Shown here: positions 18,742 through 30,300 of the stretch, one piece after another
How the letters are laid out: each line of letters starts with the position of its first letter
Position numbering within the stretch: the first letter of the stretch is position 1
Position numbers and translations under genes: made by a program
Notes under the pieces: generated by a model
Seen by the model: the letters and a program-made list of their open reading frames with translations, nothing else
Told to the model about the DNA's origin: nothing
Databases searched by the model: none
IMG/VR virus record: IMGVR_UViG_3300029705_000062
Reading direction: 5' to 3' (one strand)
DNA: 64,000 bases
Source of the DNA: a virus

Positions 18742-20124
18742 ATGAAGATAAATAATGTTCCCTGCACATTAAATTTTTCTGAATCTCAAAATAACAGTAA
18801 CTTAATGAAAGTTAAGATAGTTGTTATGCATGAAGGTGAAAACCGTAATGGTAGTGCCTTTTCTATGCAATCAATAGAATTTGCAAAAGAGAGTTTAAAG
18901 AATGTTCCTATACTTGGGTATATACTTAGATCAGATGAAGGTGAAGCCTTAGATTTTGATGAACATAATATGTCTGTAAAACTTATAGAAGGAAAAGAAG
19001 GCTATGAGTTAAAAGAATTTTATGAGGAACAGATAATAGGTATCATTCCTGAAAGTAATGATTACCACTATGAAATGATAGATGGAGTTAATCATGTTTG
19101 CTGTACAGGTTATATATTTAAATCTTATAGTAACGGTGGAGCTGATTTAATAGAAGAATGCGATAGTAAAGGTGTTTCAATGGAAATATCTGTTGAAGAA
19201 GGTAACTTTGTAAACAAGATATATCATATAAATAAATACCAATACCAAGCAGTTACAATATTAGGAGACCATGTTCCTCAAGGAATGAATGGTACTTGTA
19301 ATATTAAGAAGTTTTCTTTTGATTCTAGTGCCAAGCAAACAATTAAAAATATAAATGAGGAAATTCAGAAAATAAATCATGGAAAGGAGGACTTCACTAT
19401 GGAAAACAATACGGTTGAGTTTGAGGAAAAGAAAAAGGTTGATGATACTGTTATAGAAGAATTGGAAAATAAACCTGAAGAAATAACAGAAGATAAACCT
19501 GAAAGCAATGTTGCTGATAGTTCTAATGAAGAAGAAGTAGTAGAAACAGATGTTGATGTTAATCCTGAAACAGATGTTGAACAATCAGATGAATTTGCTT
19601 GTAATAAAGAAAAGAAAAAGTATGAAGATGAAGTAGTAAAAGCTTGTGAAGAGTGTGGAGCAATAAATGAAGAAGACTGCACTTGTAACATAGCAGATGA
19701 AGAAGAAAAGTTTTCTTTAGAATGTTTTTCAGTTTTCTTTGAAGAAGTTCCACAAACAGTAGTTGAAGTATGTGATGCCTTAGTTGAAAAATTTAACAAG
19801 TTAAATGAAGAATTAGCTATGTTAAAGGAATTTAAAGCAGAGATAGAAGCTCAAAATCTTCAAGTTAATGTAGATGAAATTTGTGCAGAATTTGACTTTG
19901 CTGAGGAAGAAATATCTGAGGTAAAAGAAAAAGCTTATAAGGGAGAAATAACTTTAGAAGCATTTAAGAAAGAACTATTTGCTTTAGAAGGTATGAAAGC
20001 TCATGCTAAAAAGGAAAAGTTCTCTCAAAAAGAAAAAGTTGCTAAACCTAAGATAGCAATATTAGAAACTAGAGCAGATAAAACAGAACCTTATGGTGAT
20101 TTATTTGCAAAATATGGTAAATAG
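18742..20124 (+). CDS. Prohead protease / scaffold-like protein (N-terminal protease-like domain, acidic coiled-coil C-terminal half)
   Basis: VMHEGENRNG... and KGVSMEISV resemble the prohead serine protease His/Ser regions. The E/D-rich helical tail is typical of scaffolds. Position is between portal and capsid genes. Confidence 0.5.
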   Translation: MKINNVPCTLNFSESQNNSNLMKVKIVVMHEGENRNGSAFSMQSIEFAKESLKNVPILGYILRSDEGEALDFDEHNMSVKLIEGKEGYELKEFYEEQIIGIIPESNDYHYEMIDGVNHVCCTGYIFKSYSNGGADLIEECDSKGVSMEISVEEGNFVNKIYHINKYQYQAVTILGDHVPQGMNGTCNIKKFSFDSSAKQTIKNINEEIQKINHGKEDFTMENNTVEFEEKKKVDDTVIEELENKPEEITEDKPESNVADSSNEEEVVETDVDVNPETDVEQSDEFACNKEKKKYEDEVVKACEECGAINEEDCTCNIADEEEKFSLECFSVFFEEVPQTVVEVCDALVEKFNKLNEELAMLKEFKAEIEAQNLQVNVDEICAEFDFAEEEISEVKEKAYKGEITLEAFKKELFALEGMKAHAKKEKFSQKEKVAKPKIAILETRADKTEPYGDLFAKYGK

Positions 20125-20138
20125 GGGGATTAATTATT

Positions 20139-20582
20139 ATGGCAAACGTAATAAGATTGGATAAAGTAAAAGGATATCCAGTATCATTTGAAAACTCTAT
20201 AGAAAATCTTGAGCAAGGATATTTCTTAGAGTTAAAAGGACTATCTAATGGAGATTATGAAGCATATGAGGTAGAGTTAGCAAAAGCAACTCCTGATAAT
20301 ACAGTAGTATTCCATGCTTCAGTTGTTATGCAATATGATGAAAGATTAATGGAGCAAGACTTCGTATTAGCTAACGGAAAAGTAGGTAGAGCTTACATAC
20401 CTGAAAGAGGAGATATAATAACTGTAGCTGAGAATATAGTTAATGGTTCAGTTGAAATAGGAGATAAATTAGGGTGTGTTGGAGATGGAAAATTAGGTAC
20501 TTCAGGAGATACTAAAATAGCAAGAGTTTTAGATAAAGAAAACTTTGGTGGACAACCATCTCTAGTAATAGAGTTTATATAA
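20139..20582 (+). CDS. Capsid-associated protein (possible decoration protein)
   Basis: 147-aa ORF between the scaffold and major capsid genes. Assigned by position only. Confidence 0.35.
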   Translation: MANVIRLDKVKGYPVSFENSIENLEQGYFLELKGLSNGDYEAYEVELAKATPDNTVVFHASVVMQYDERLMEQDFVLANGKVGRAYIPERGDIITVAENIVNGSVEIGDKLGCVGDGKLGTSGDTKIARVLDKENFGGQPSLVIEFI

Positions 20583-20605
20583 TTCATTTAAGGGGGAGAA
20601 ACTTA

Positions 20606-21607
20606 ATGGCTAAGTTAAGAAATTTAACTGACCTTCAAAAGTTATCTTTAGATATAGCTAAAGGTAAAGTAGAAAAATATTCTATGACAGAAGGTTCAGA
20701 TGTAATAAGAGAAGCAATATTAGATGCATGTGGAATGGAAAATGGATGGGATGTTTACAAATTCCAACAAAACAAATATGAGGTTTACAGAATATTATCT
20801 GAAACTATAACTGTTGCAATATCAGAATTAATGATAGACAAGTATAGAGATTGGGTAGACTTCAAAGATACTGCACTTGGGGACATAGCTGAGTTCAGAG
20901 TTACAAACAATGACTTATTCAAAGTTGGTTTAGTTGCTGACGGTACAAATGAATTAAGAAGACAAAAGTTATTACAAGGTAGACTTGCAATGACAGGATT
21001 CCCTATGGGAGTTAAAATCTATGCTGAATTTTTAGATTTCATGATGGGTAAAATAGATTGGCAAGATTTAGTAAATAGAGTTGCAAAATCTATGGATAAC
21101 AAAGTTGCTGAATTAATAGTTAAGCAAATCGAAAGTGCTTATAATGGTTTAGATACTAAGTATGTTCAATCAGGTTCTTATGATGAAGAAAAATTAATGG
21201 ACTTAGTTGCTAGAGTAGAAGCTAAAACTGGTGAAAAAGTTGCTATATTCGGAACTAAAAAAGCATTAGCTAAATTAAGAAAAGGTGAAATAGCAACAAT
21301 GGCAGTTGCAGATAAAGATGACATAAGAAATCATGGTTATGTTACTGTATTACAAGGAACTCCTGTTGTTGAAATACCTCAAACTTTAGACCAAAAAGGA
21401 GACTTCGCATTATCTGCTGATATGTTATTTATAGTTCCTCAAGGTACTAAGATGATAAAACTAGGATTTGAAGGGGATGCTTATATATCAGAAATAAATG
21501 ACCCTGCAACTAGAATGGATCAACAAATGGAATACTTAATTACAAGAAAAGTTCAACTTGGTGTAGTTAAGGCTTCTTACTACGGAGTGTATCACTCAAT
21601 AGTTTAA
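20606..21607 (+). CDS. Major capsid protein
   Basis: 333 aa, strong AAGGGGGAG RBS, follows the scaffold gene and is followed by a terminator. Confidence 0.7.
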   Translation: MAKLRNLTDLQKLSLDIAKGKVEKYSMTEGSDVIREAILDACGMENGWDVYKFQQNKYEVYRILSETITVAISELMIDKYRDWVDFKDTALGDIAEFRVTNNDLFKVGLVADGTNELRRQKLLQGRLAMTGFPMGVKIYAEFLDFMMGKIDWQDLVNRVAKSMDNKVAELIVKQIESAYNGLDTKYVQSGSYDEEKLMDLVARVEAKTGEKVAIFGTKKALAKLRKGEIATMAVADKDDIRNHGYVTVLQGTPVVEIPQTLDQKGDFALSADMLFIVPQGTKMIKLGFEGDAYISEINDPATRMDQQMEYLITRKVQLGVVKASYYGVYHSIV

Positions 21608-21620
21608 TTTTAACTTATAT

Positions 21621-21646
21621 ACCCCTGCCTTTTGGTGGGGGTTTTT
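21621..21646 (+). terminator. Terminator-like hairpin after the capsid gene
   Basis: ACCCCTGCC TTTT GGTGGGGGT (imperfect stem) plus a T-run. Confidence 0.55.
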
Positions 21647-21669
21647 AAATAAGAGGAGGGAGATTTGAA

Positions 21670-22293
21670 ATGACAACTACAAAAAAAACAACTACAAGAA
21701 AAACAACTAAAAAAGAAACTGTTGAAACAGTTGAAGTTACTAAGAAACCAAAAAGCTTTAGAGAGCTTAGAAAAATGTTGACTAGAGACACAGAGGTATT
21801 AATAATGAACAATACTCAAGGTGGTTTCTATTATAAATGTCCAAAAACTAATATGGAAATAAATATGTTAGAGTTTGGAGATACAGAAGTTGTAACAATT
21901 GAACTATTAGAAGCAATGAAAAATAGAAGTAGAATAGTTTTTAAAAATTATTGCATAATGATAGTTGATGTTTATCCTGAAGTTGAATTTGAAGATGTGA
22001 TAGAAATATCAGATGTTTTAAATTATCTAGGGATAGCAGATTTATATAATATAGTTAGTGATGAATTAGAAAATAATGGTGATTTATATAGCGAAGAGTT
22101 CTTTGATAACTTAATAATAAATAAGTCTAGAGATGAGTTTGAAAAGATAGCTAAGAAAATGAATAGAAAGTTATTAATTCAGTTAGCTCATAGGTCTGTT
22201 TTATTATATCAAACAGGAAAATTTGATAGTAGATATAAGATGGAATTTATACAAGATAAATTAGGTATGGAAGATTTATTTGCTGATATATAA
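21670..22293 (+). CDS. Hypothetical head-region protein with a basic T/K-rich N-terminus
   Basis: ORF with a GAGGAGGGAG RBS. Confidence 0.55.
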   Translation: MTTTKKTTTRKTTKKETVETVEVTKKPKSFRELRKMLTRDTEVLIMNNTQGGFYYKCPKTNMEINMLEFGDTEVVTIELLEAMKNRSRIVFKNYCIMIVDVYPEVEFEDVIEISDVLNYLGIADLYNIVSDELENNGDLYSEEFFDNLIINKSRDEFEKIAKKMNRKLLIQLAHRSVLLYQTGKFDSRYKMEFIQDKLGMEDLFADI

Positions 22294-22321
22294 GCCAATA
22301 ATATAAAAGGAGTGATTTGCT

Positions 22322-22948
22322 GTGGCTACTCAACTAGATACAATTTACAATAAGTTTTTATCTCAGATAGATGATATTGAACTAAGTTTATTAAAAGATG
22401 AAGACTTAGAGGATATATTAATTGATTATCTAGAAAATGCAACAGTGGAGTTTAGAGAATGTAAAAAAGACCTTACGATAAATAAACCATTTGTGAGTGA
22501 GCATGAGTTCTCTCGTAGTGGGTCTTTCTCTATAAATACACTGTTGGATGAATTTACAATTATAACAGTGAGAGATGGTATGAAAAAACTAAAAGAGAAC
22601 GTTGATTATTCAATACAGTATGATAAATCACTTTGTGAGTTAAAGATAGAAATTAAATCTAACCCAAAAGATAGAATAAAGGTAAAGATTTTAAGTGAAG
22701 GCTCAATAGAAGCTGATTTAACCCTTGAGGAGATATATATACTAGCTTTAAGTATGAAATTATTTTGGTTAAGTCCAAAAATACATAGAGAAGAAAATCT
22801 TCGTCAAATGATGAATGACAGAGATTTTAAGCAATTATCTAATGCAAACATGCTAAAGGTTTTATTACAACTTCAAACAGCAACAAGACAAGAGCTTCAA
22901 AAGTTCAAGCAAAGATATGCAATGAGGGAGTTTAGAGGATTAGATTAA
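22322..22948 (+). CDS. Head-tail connector/adaptor candidate
   Basis: Position in the head-completion block. GTG start after an AAGGAG RBS. Confidence 0.35.
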   Translation: MATQLDTIYNKFLSQIDDIELSLLKDEDLEDILIDYLENATVEFRECKKDLTINKPFVSEHEFSRSGSFSINTLLDEFTIITVRDGMKKLKENVDYSIQYDKSLCELKIEIKSNPKDRIKVKILSEGSIEADLTLEEIYILALSMKLFWLSPKIHREENLRQMMNDRDFKQLSNANMLKVLLQLQTATRQELQKFKQRYAMREFRGLD

Positions 22949-23928
22949 TGAAATCTTTAAGTAGCTTTAAAAGAAGGACACAACGTTCAGGTTCAAATAG
23001 CAAGGAAATAGCTATTAATGAAGGAATAAGGAATTTTAGGAAAACTTTGCAAGAAAGTCCAACTTGCTTTGAAGTTCAAGCCACAGTTCCTGATGAGGTA
23101 TGTGTCACAAATGTTACAAGGTATATTATGGCAATGATAACTGATGTTACATTAAATGACCAAAGAGCATTAGATGACAAGTATATTCATGTTGATATTG
23201 AAGAAGAAATAGATGTTGGGTGCTATGTAAAGTGGCAAGGAATTAACTGGCTACTTGTTTATCAAGAGGTTAATGGATTCCCCACTCACAAAACATTTGT
23301 TATGAAACGTTGCAATCAAATATTTAGATATAAACAAAATGATATTATCTATGACATACCAGTAAGTGTTACAAACCTAACTCTTTATAGTGATGGTTTA
23401 GCTGATGGAAAGTTTTTAAGTAAAGCAGATGCAAAACGTAATATAAAAATTGGCTCAAGTCCTATTACTAGAAGTATGGATTTAGGAACTAGAATAATGC
23501 TTACAAATAAAACAGTATTTAGATTTACTCATATAGATAATTTCTCTCAAGAAGGATTATTAGCATGTATAGGATTACAAACTGCTATTATACCTCTTGA
23601 TGATACTGTAAATAATATAGCTTACAACTCTACTATTGTTGAGGATAATAGTAATGTTAATGATGAAGAAGATATAAACCCTTCTCCTGAAATAGAGGGT
23701 GAAGACTACATATATCTAGGAACAGAAGAAACTTATTATACTAATATTCCAAATGCACTTTGGATTGTTGAGGATGATAGTTGTAAGATAACTTCATTTG
23801 ATGATGGAGTTTGTACAATATCTGTTTCAGATAATAGTAAATTTATAGGACATACATTTACATTATCTATTGAAAGTGAAGGTAGTTGTATTGCTACTAA
23901 AGATATAACCATAAAAGGTTATTTCTAG
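22948..23928 (+). CDS. Hypothetical structural protein, 326 aa
   Basis: Start overlaps the upstream stop (TAATG), suggesting translational coupling. Confidence 0.5.
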   Translation: MKSLSSFKRRTQRSGSNSKEIAINEGIRNFRKTLQESPTCFEVQATVPDEVCVTNVTRYIMAMITDVTLNDQRALDDKYIHVDIEEEIDVGCYVKWQGINWLLVYQEVNGFPTHKTFVMKRCNQIFRYKQNDIIYDIPVSVTNLTLYSDGLADGKFLSKADAKRNIKIGSSPITRSMDLGTRIMLTNKTVFRFTHIDNFSQEGLLACIGLQTAIIPLDDTVNNIAYNSTIVEDNSNVNDEEDINPSPEIEGEDYIYLGTEETYYTNIPNALWIVEDDSCKITSFDDGVCTISVSDNSKFIGHTFTLSIESEGSCIATKDITIKGYF

Positions 23929-23940
23929 AGGTGAGAGAAT

Positions 23941-24453
23941 ATGGTTCAAGCTTATGGTTTTGCAAATAGGTGTTTATCAGAAGTAACAGCTCAAATGATG
24001 GGAAGCGAAGATTTGTGTAAGTTTTTATATTATACACAAAATGGAGAGAATGATAAATTTCTTGAAAAAGAGAAACCTACTGCAAATAAACTAATAGATA
24101 TAAATATTTTCACAGGAAGAAGAGTTCCTGAAATTTTACACAAAAGTGGAGCTTATGTATGCACTAGAGTTTTAAATTATGCCCCACTTAGAAAAAGCTC
24201 AGAAGTAATGAAGGTAATTGAGATAGAAATTATGGTTATTGTTCATGATGATTGTGCAAAAACAATTTATGGAACAAGGGATATTTCTATTATTACAGCT
24301 ATAGAAGAAGCATTAGATGAGCAAAAGATAAGTGGTGTTGGAAAGTGTGTAGTTACTGGTGTTTCAGATATACAAGGACTTCCTGTAGAATACTCAGGGT
24401 ATTATTTATTTGTTGAAGTACAAGGATTCCCTACTTTAAAGGTGAGAAGATAA
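23941..24453 (+). CDS. Head/tail completion protein candidate
   Basis: ORF with a GAGGTGAGAG RBS. Assigned by position. Confidence 0.4.
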   Translation: MVQAYGFANRCLSEVTAQMMGSEDLCKFLYYTQNGENDKFLEKEKPTANKLIDINIFTGRRVPEILHKSGAYVCTRVLNYAPLRKSSEVMKVIEIEIMVIVHDDCAKTIYGTRDISIITAIEEALDEQKISGVGKCVVTGVSDIQGLPVEYSGYYLFVEVQGFPTLKVRR

Positions 24454-25187
24454 TGTTACCTTCTGAGTATTATTTTATGACTGGTTTGCCAGTTAAGTTA
24501 AATCACAATCTAGGAGAAATACATCAACCAAGATTATTTGATTTCATGGAGAAAGATATAACCATTGAAGAATTTGCACAGCCTTTTTGTGCAAGAGTTG
24601 ATGTTGTTGATTTTGGAGAAGGTGAAAAAATTAAAGAACTTCTAAAAACATTAAAGGATTTTGACCTTTTCTTTGTGGACAAAGGAGTAATGGTAGATAA
24701 ACTTATAACCTCTTTATCTATATTGTATAAAACAGATGATATTCAATTAGATACATACGGTCAACGTATATTTGTATCAAAGTCTATATTAATTGATAGG
24801 GATAATTTTACATACCTTGCTGATGTTGTCCTAAATATGCTTTGTATGGAAAAACCTAAAAAGCAGGAAAATAAAAGAAAATATGCTGATGACTATAGAC
24901 AAAAGCTTTGGGAAAAAATGCAAAAGTATAGAGCTGAAAAAGAAAAGAAAAATGCTATTACATTTTTAGATATAGTAAATTTTGTTGTTCACTCTAACTC
25001 AGTTATAGACTATGAGAAGGTTTACAACTTAACCTACTACCAGTTGGTTAATTCATATACTACCCTTATGAACAAAATGGGATATGATGAGTATATGATG
25101 TACAGAACTTCAGGTCAATTTAAAATGGAAAGTGAAGTTAAGCACTGGGGTATTCAAAGTAAAATAAAAAAAGGCATTGATTTATAA
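24453..25187 (+). CDS. Hypothetical structural protein, 244 aa
   Basis: ATG overlaps the upstream TAA stop. Confidence 0.45.
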   Translation: MLPSEYYFMTGLPVKLNHNLGEIHQPRLFDFMEKDITIEEFAQPFCARVDVVDFGEGEKIKELLKTLKDFDLFFVDKGVMVDKLITSLSILYKTDDIQLDTYGQRIFVSKSILIDRDNFTYLADVVLNMLCMEKPKKQENKRKYADDYRQKLWEKMQKYRAEKEKKNAITFLDIVNFVVHSNSVIDYEKVYNLTYYQLVNSYTTLMNKMGYDEYMMYRTSGQFKMESEVKHWGIQSKIKKGIDL

Positions 25188-25236
25188 CAATGTTTTTAAA
25201 ATATAATAAATTTAATTAATAAGGGGGAAATGCAAT

Positions 25237-26007
25237 ATGGCATTCGCATTAAAAGATGCTTGTAATGTTTTAATAACATCAAGAGCAACAAACAAACCAT
25301 TTTTATATGCAGATTACTTAAACTCTTGTTCTTTATCTATAAGTTCAGAGCCAGTATTTGCAAAAGCAAAAGGAATGAACAAAATAACATTTGATGGTGC
25401 TAAAACTGGTACTTTCACAATGGAAACAGAAATATTTGAAATAAAATATCTTGCTTTAATATTAGGTGGAAAAGTATCTAAAGAAGCAGGTAAATTTGCT
25501 AAGAGATATGTTGGAACAGTTGATGAAGCAGGAAAAATAACTTTACCTGAAAAACCAGTAGTAGGTTCTATATCTACTTTCGTATTAGGAAGAGATGGTA
25601 AGGAACATAAGAAAGAAGTAGTTACTGTTCCTGAAGTAGATGACATGGCTTTAACTTACACTGGTGGGGATGCTCCTACAGTAAATGATAAAATAGCTAT
25701 ATACTATTTAGTTGAAGTTCCTAATGCTACTAAAATATCTGTAACAGATGCAGTAAACTCAGAGGCTTTCAAAATAGAAGGTATAACAGCAATAAGAAAT
25801 GAGTTTAATGAAGATGAATTATTCCAATTAAGAATATTCAATGCTAAACCTCAAACTAATGCTGAATTAACAATGAGTGCAGAAAACGTATCTAGCTTCT
25901 CTGCAACTTTTGACTTAATGGTTGATGAAGATAACAATATGATAGAATTATTAATGTTACCTTCTGAAGATGAAGCTGTTGTTGTTAAAGAAGTGAAAAG
26001 AAAATAA
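25237..26007 (+). CDS. Major tail (tube) protein candidate
   Basis: 256 aa, strong AAGGGGGAAA RBS. Precedes the chaperone-like and tape-measure genes. No sheath-sized ORF is present, so a siphovirus-type tail is inferred. Confidence 0.55.
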   Translation: MAFALKDACNVLITSRATNKPFLYADYLNSCSLSISSEPVFAKAKGMNKITFDGAKTGTFTMETEIFEIKYLALILGGKVSKEAGKFAKRYVGTVDEAGKITLPEKPVVGSISTFVLGRDGKEHKKEVVTVPEVDDMALTYTGGDAPTVNDKIAIYYLVEVPNATKISVTDAVNSEAFKIEGITAIRNEFNEDELFQLRIFNAKPQTNAELTMSAENVSSFSATFDLMVDEDNNMIELLMLPSEDEAVVVKEVKRK

Positions 26008-26203
26008 TTTATTTTAAGAAGGGGAGAGAAATCTTCTCTTCTTATTTTAATATGAGAAATTGTATGTTTAATAAGCATACAAGATTGTTTACACTTGGTT
26101 TTTGTTATTTTGGTTTACCTCCAAAAACTAGATAACAGCTCCCTAATAAATTTATTAGGGAGCAAATTAATGATTATTAAATGTAGAATTTTTTATATTA
26201 AAG

Positions 26204-26680
26204 ATGGGAGAGAGAATTGCTATGACTATAAAATTAAGTAGTTTAATAAAAAATGAAATAAGAAGAAAAATAATTTTCAGTAACCTAGAAGGAGAAAAGG
26301 AAATAATAATAGTTAAAAATCCTAATAATGAAGAAAAAATTAAGTTAATGGAATTTTTAATGGATAGAATAAATGAAAATGAAAGTGAAGTAACTATTGA
26401 GCCAAAAGATATATTAGTTCATTTATTACCTTTATTAACTAATATAGAGATAGATACTGCGAATATAGATGCGATAATAGAAAATCCAAATACACAATTA
26501 ACAGAGGTATTTTATCATTTAGGAGAAATAATACAAGAAACTATAAATGAAATGTTAATGATACAAAGTTCAAATTTATCAATGGTATCTAAAAATAGTG
26601 TAATAGAAGATATACAAAATAAAATAGAAAAAGTATCTGAAGAAGCTCCTAAAAGAGGAAGAAAAAAGAAAATTAACTAA
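26204..26680 (+). CDS. Tail assembly chaperone candidate
   Basis: Acidic 158-aa protein upstream of the tape-measure gene. Confidence 0.4.
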   Translation: MGERIAMTIKLSSLIKNEIRRKIIFSNLEGEKEIIIVKNPNNEEKIKLMEFLMDRINENESEVTIEPKDILVHLLPLLTNIEIDTANIDAIIENPNTQLTEVFYHLGEIIQETINEMLMIQSSNLSMVSKNSVIEDIQNKIEKVSEEAPKRGRKKKIN

Positions 26681-26705
26681 AATTTATTTTAGGTGGTATT
26701 AGTTT

Positions 26706-27245
26706 ATGGCAAAGATGAAAATAAGTGATAGTAGTTACTATGCTTTATACAATATTGTTGGAGAGATAGTTACTAAACTAGGAAATGATATTGAAGATAT
26801 TTTAAACAATGATAGTCTAAATTCACCTTCAGGATTTCTTAAAAAAGCTTATTCAGAGTCTGCTAGTAGAGCTGTGTATTATGCTCCTAGAAATCCAAAT
26901 GATGGTTTTCCACCAAGACAGTATACTTTAAAGGATACAAATAACTTTGCTGTTAGAGTTAGTGGGGTAACAGGTGGAAGAGGATTTAAATTATATGATG
27001 ATATTGAACTTACTCAAGGATATAAGTATAAACATAAAAGTCTTTGGGGAAGCACAAGAGGTAAAGGTGTATATCCTTGGATATGGATTGATGAAGGTAC
27101 TACTTGGGAAAATAGGTTTACAGGAAACCCTAGAAACATTAACCAAGCCTTTACAAGAGATTGGCATTCCCAAGGTTATAGAGGTATATTTATAAATAAA
27201 CTAGGAAGTCAACTTAAAGGAAGAGGTTGGGAAGTTGTTAGTTAA
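26706..27245 (+). CDS. Hypothetical protein, 179 aa
   Basis: ORF with a TAGGTGG RBS. Confidence 0.5.
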   Translation: MAKMKISDSSYYALYNIVGEIVTKLGNDIEDILNNDSLNSPSGFLKKAYSESASRAVYYAPRNPNDGFPPRQYTLKDTNNFAVRVSGVTGGRGFKLYDDIELTQGYKYKHKSLWGSTRGKGVYPWIWIDEGTTWENRFTGNPRNINQAFTRDWHSQGYRGIFINKLGSQLKGRGWEVVS

Positions 27246-27369
27246 AGAGTAATAGATATTATTTATCTACTTTATTTTTATTTGTTAAAAATTTCTCACC
27301 TGAAAATAACATTATTTAAGATGTCAGGTGAAGATGACATTAAATAATATTTTTGAAGGGGGAGATGGA

Positions 27370-30300
27370 ATGTCAGATGTATTAAAGGTCAGGGTTGCAC
27401 TTGAACTTGATGCTATGGAATCAAGTAGGGATTTAAACAAAGCAATTGAAAAAATTGATTTACAGCCTATTTCAATAGGTTTAAGACTTGATCCAAATAA
27501 AGTTGATTTAAGTGCATTGCATAAACTTGATTTTTCTGATATTAGAAATAGATTTGAAGATATATTTGATATAGATAGTTCGGTTATTCGTGATTTAAGA
27601 GAATCTATGAACTCTATAGAAAGAATTATAAATACAAAGCTAAGTGTAAAAAACATAGCTATGTTTGACCAGTTAGCAGAGTCTTTAACTGATTTAGGAA
27701 GAGCTTTTAATATAGACACTAAATCACTAGATAGATTTGAAACATTAAACTCAACTCTTGCAGAGTTTAATAAACTTAGTAAGGAAGCTCAAAATGCACT
27801 TATTAGTAAAAATCCTACTAGAAAAGTTGTAGGTAATTTAGATGATATTTCTAATGAAGTAGATAAAAAGTTTGGAGTATCTTCTAGCCAACTTGCTAAG
27901 AGTATAGAAAAAGGCTCAAAGGAATTAAATGAGTCATTAGGAAAAATGGCAGATGCTCAAATAAAGAGTGCTACAAAATACCTTGATGTACAAGATGGTA
28001 TATCACAGGTTATAAGAAGTAAATGGAATGATTGGACAGATTTAACTGAAACTATTTTTACAGATGGAAGTAAATTAGGTAAATTAACTGCTAATACGGA
28101 AACTTACCTAAATAAAATGGAAAAACAGTATAAATCTGTTTCAGATAATATAAGAAAATATAGTATAGATTTACATAAGGCAATGTCTGAAGGTGATTTA
28201 GGTGGTATTGCTCACTATGAATCTATAATTAAAGATTTTAAAAATCTTAAGAAGAAAATGGTTGAGGATATAGGTGCTTCTCCATTTGCAGATAAATTAA
28301 ATTCAGAGTTTTCTAGAATAGATGCTTTAAATAAAAAAATTCAAGATTTTTCTACTTCACAGTATGATAGTGGAGTTTTAGAAAAACAGCAAAAGCAATA
28401 TATAGAAAAAATCGAAACTTTTGCTAATAAGATTTTAAAATTAAATAAAGAGATAAGTAAAGCCAAAGATGAAGGTTTGGTGGGGGAATATACACAAACT
28501 TTAATCTCAGATGTAAAAAAGGCAAAAGGTGAATTATCAAAGTATTTAAATGAAGCTGTAAAAGATATATTCCCTGATGACTTAAAAGCTAGAGCTGAAC
28601 TTAAGAAAAAAGCTACTGATATTGTAGAAGCTATGGATGATGCTAAAAATCTATTCCAAGCTAAAATAGATGAGAAGAGGGATAAAAAAACCCAAGATAG
28701 TGATTTAAGTAAATTTATAAAAGAATACAAGCAGAACATCAATGAAATAGAATCATTAAATAAAAAGATGGAAACTGCTTTAAGTAAAGGTCAGTTTGAC
28801 TATGCAAGTGATTTACAAACTGAAATTAATTTACTTAATAAAAAACAAGAAGAACTACAGAAAAATGCTAGTGCTTTAACTTCTTATAAAAATGCTATGA
28901 AGAGTGTTGCTGAGATAGAGGAAAAATCTAGGAAGAACACTGAGCTTCATAATTCTTACTTAGAGAATAGAAATAAACTTCAACAGCAACTGGCAGACAA
29001 AAAAGCAGAAGAAAAATTAGCCAAAGAAGAAAGTGCTAAAAGGGATCAAGAGTTAAGGGATATCCAAAATAAGCAAAAACAATATTGGGAGGATATGCTT
29101 AAGCATCAAGATATTGTAGCTAAAGGTTATGAACAAGTTACTAAAACTTTAACTGATAAGCAAAATCAATATATAAAAGCTTTATCTGAGGATTCTACTG
29201 AAAAGGCAAAGGGTCTTCAAGAAAGTATAAAATATTGGAAGGCACAAAAGGATAGCCTTCTTGATGAAATAAATAGAGGTAATTTTACTTCTGATTTCTA
29301 CGATAAGATAAATGCAATAGATAAAAGAAATAATTTAACTGTCAATGAGTTTGAAGGCTCTTTAAGTGACAAGATAGGAAAACAAAATAGTCAAAAAGAA
29401 AAAGCCTTAATTTCTGTCTATGATAAATTAGCTAAAAATCTTGCTAAACAAGAATCAAAAGTTTTAGAAGCTCTATCTAAAGGTAATATGGATCAATATG
29501 AAGCATATAAAAATACTTTAGATGAATATAAGCAACGTACTTCTGATTTTATTAAAGGTATAGATTTTGATAATTTTTCTTCTGAACTTAGAGAAGCATT
29601 TGCTAAAATTGATGTTGATAGTGGTTTACTATTATCTGAAAATATTGCAAAAGTAGATGATAAGTTAAGAGATAAACTTGTTAAAGATAATGAGAATTTA
29701 CAGAAATCTTTAATTAATGAATATAAAAATATATCTAAAGCTATCACTTCTAAAGAAGGAGAACTTGTAAAAGCATTTGCAAATGATAGTACACATTCAG
29801 CAGATGCTCTTGAGAGGACTTTAGAAGGTTTATATAAGCAACATGAAGAAACTATATCAAAAATAAAATCAAATAGCTTAGGTGATGTTTTAAAAGCTCA
29901 GATGGATGAGATAGATGCCATTAGAGTTAATAGGTTAGGTGAAGTTGACGGTAAGGTTGCAGATAGTTTAGAAAGAGAAAATTTAAAACAGGAAAATCAA
30001 GCTATAAGTAAACTTTTAGCAGAATATAGAAAAAATGCTACTGAACTTTCTAAATTAAAGAAAGAGATGTTTACTGCTCAAGAAGATGGGGCAACAGTTA
30101 AGTTTGCTCAATCTAGGATAGATGATTTAAACCTTGAACAACAGGAGATAAGAGAAAGCATAAAGGCTTATAATGATTATGCTAATGCTCTTAGTCGCAT
30201 AGATAGTTTACAAAGTCAAATTAATGCAAATGATGAACTTGCTAAAGCTAAGAATATTGATAAGGTCGCTAAGGAAACAGGAAAAAGCGAAGAAGATATT

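Noticed and set aside
26655-26710. Programmed -1 frameshift (G/GT-type) at the slippery-looking GAAAAAAG near the end of the chaperone-like gene
   Set aside because: The -1 frame hits a stop (AAT TAA) within three codons. The next gene has its own RBS and ATG at 26706, so no extended frameshift product is possible.
26974-27195. 73-aa + strand ORF and a 60-aa - strand ORF nested in 26706..27245
   Set aside because: Alternative-frame ORFs inside a longer ORF that has a proper RBS. There is no independent support.
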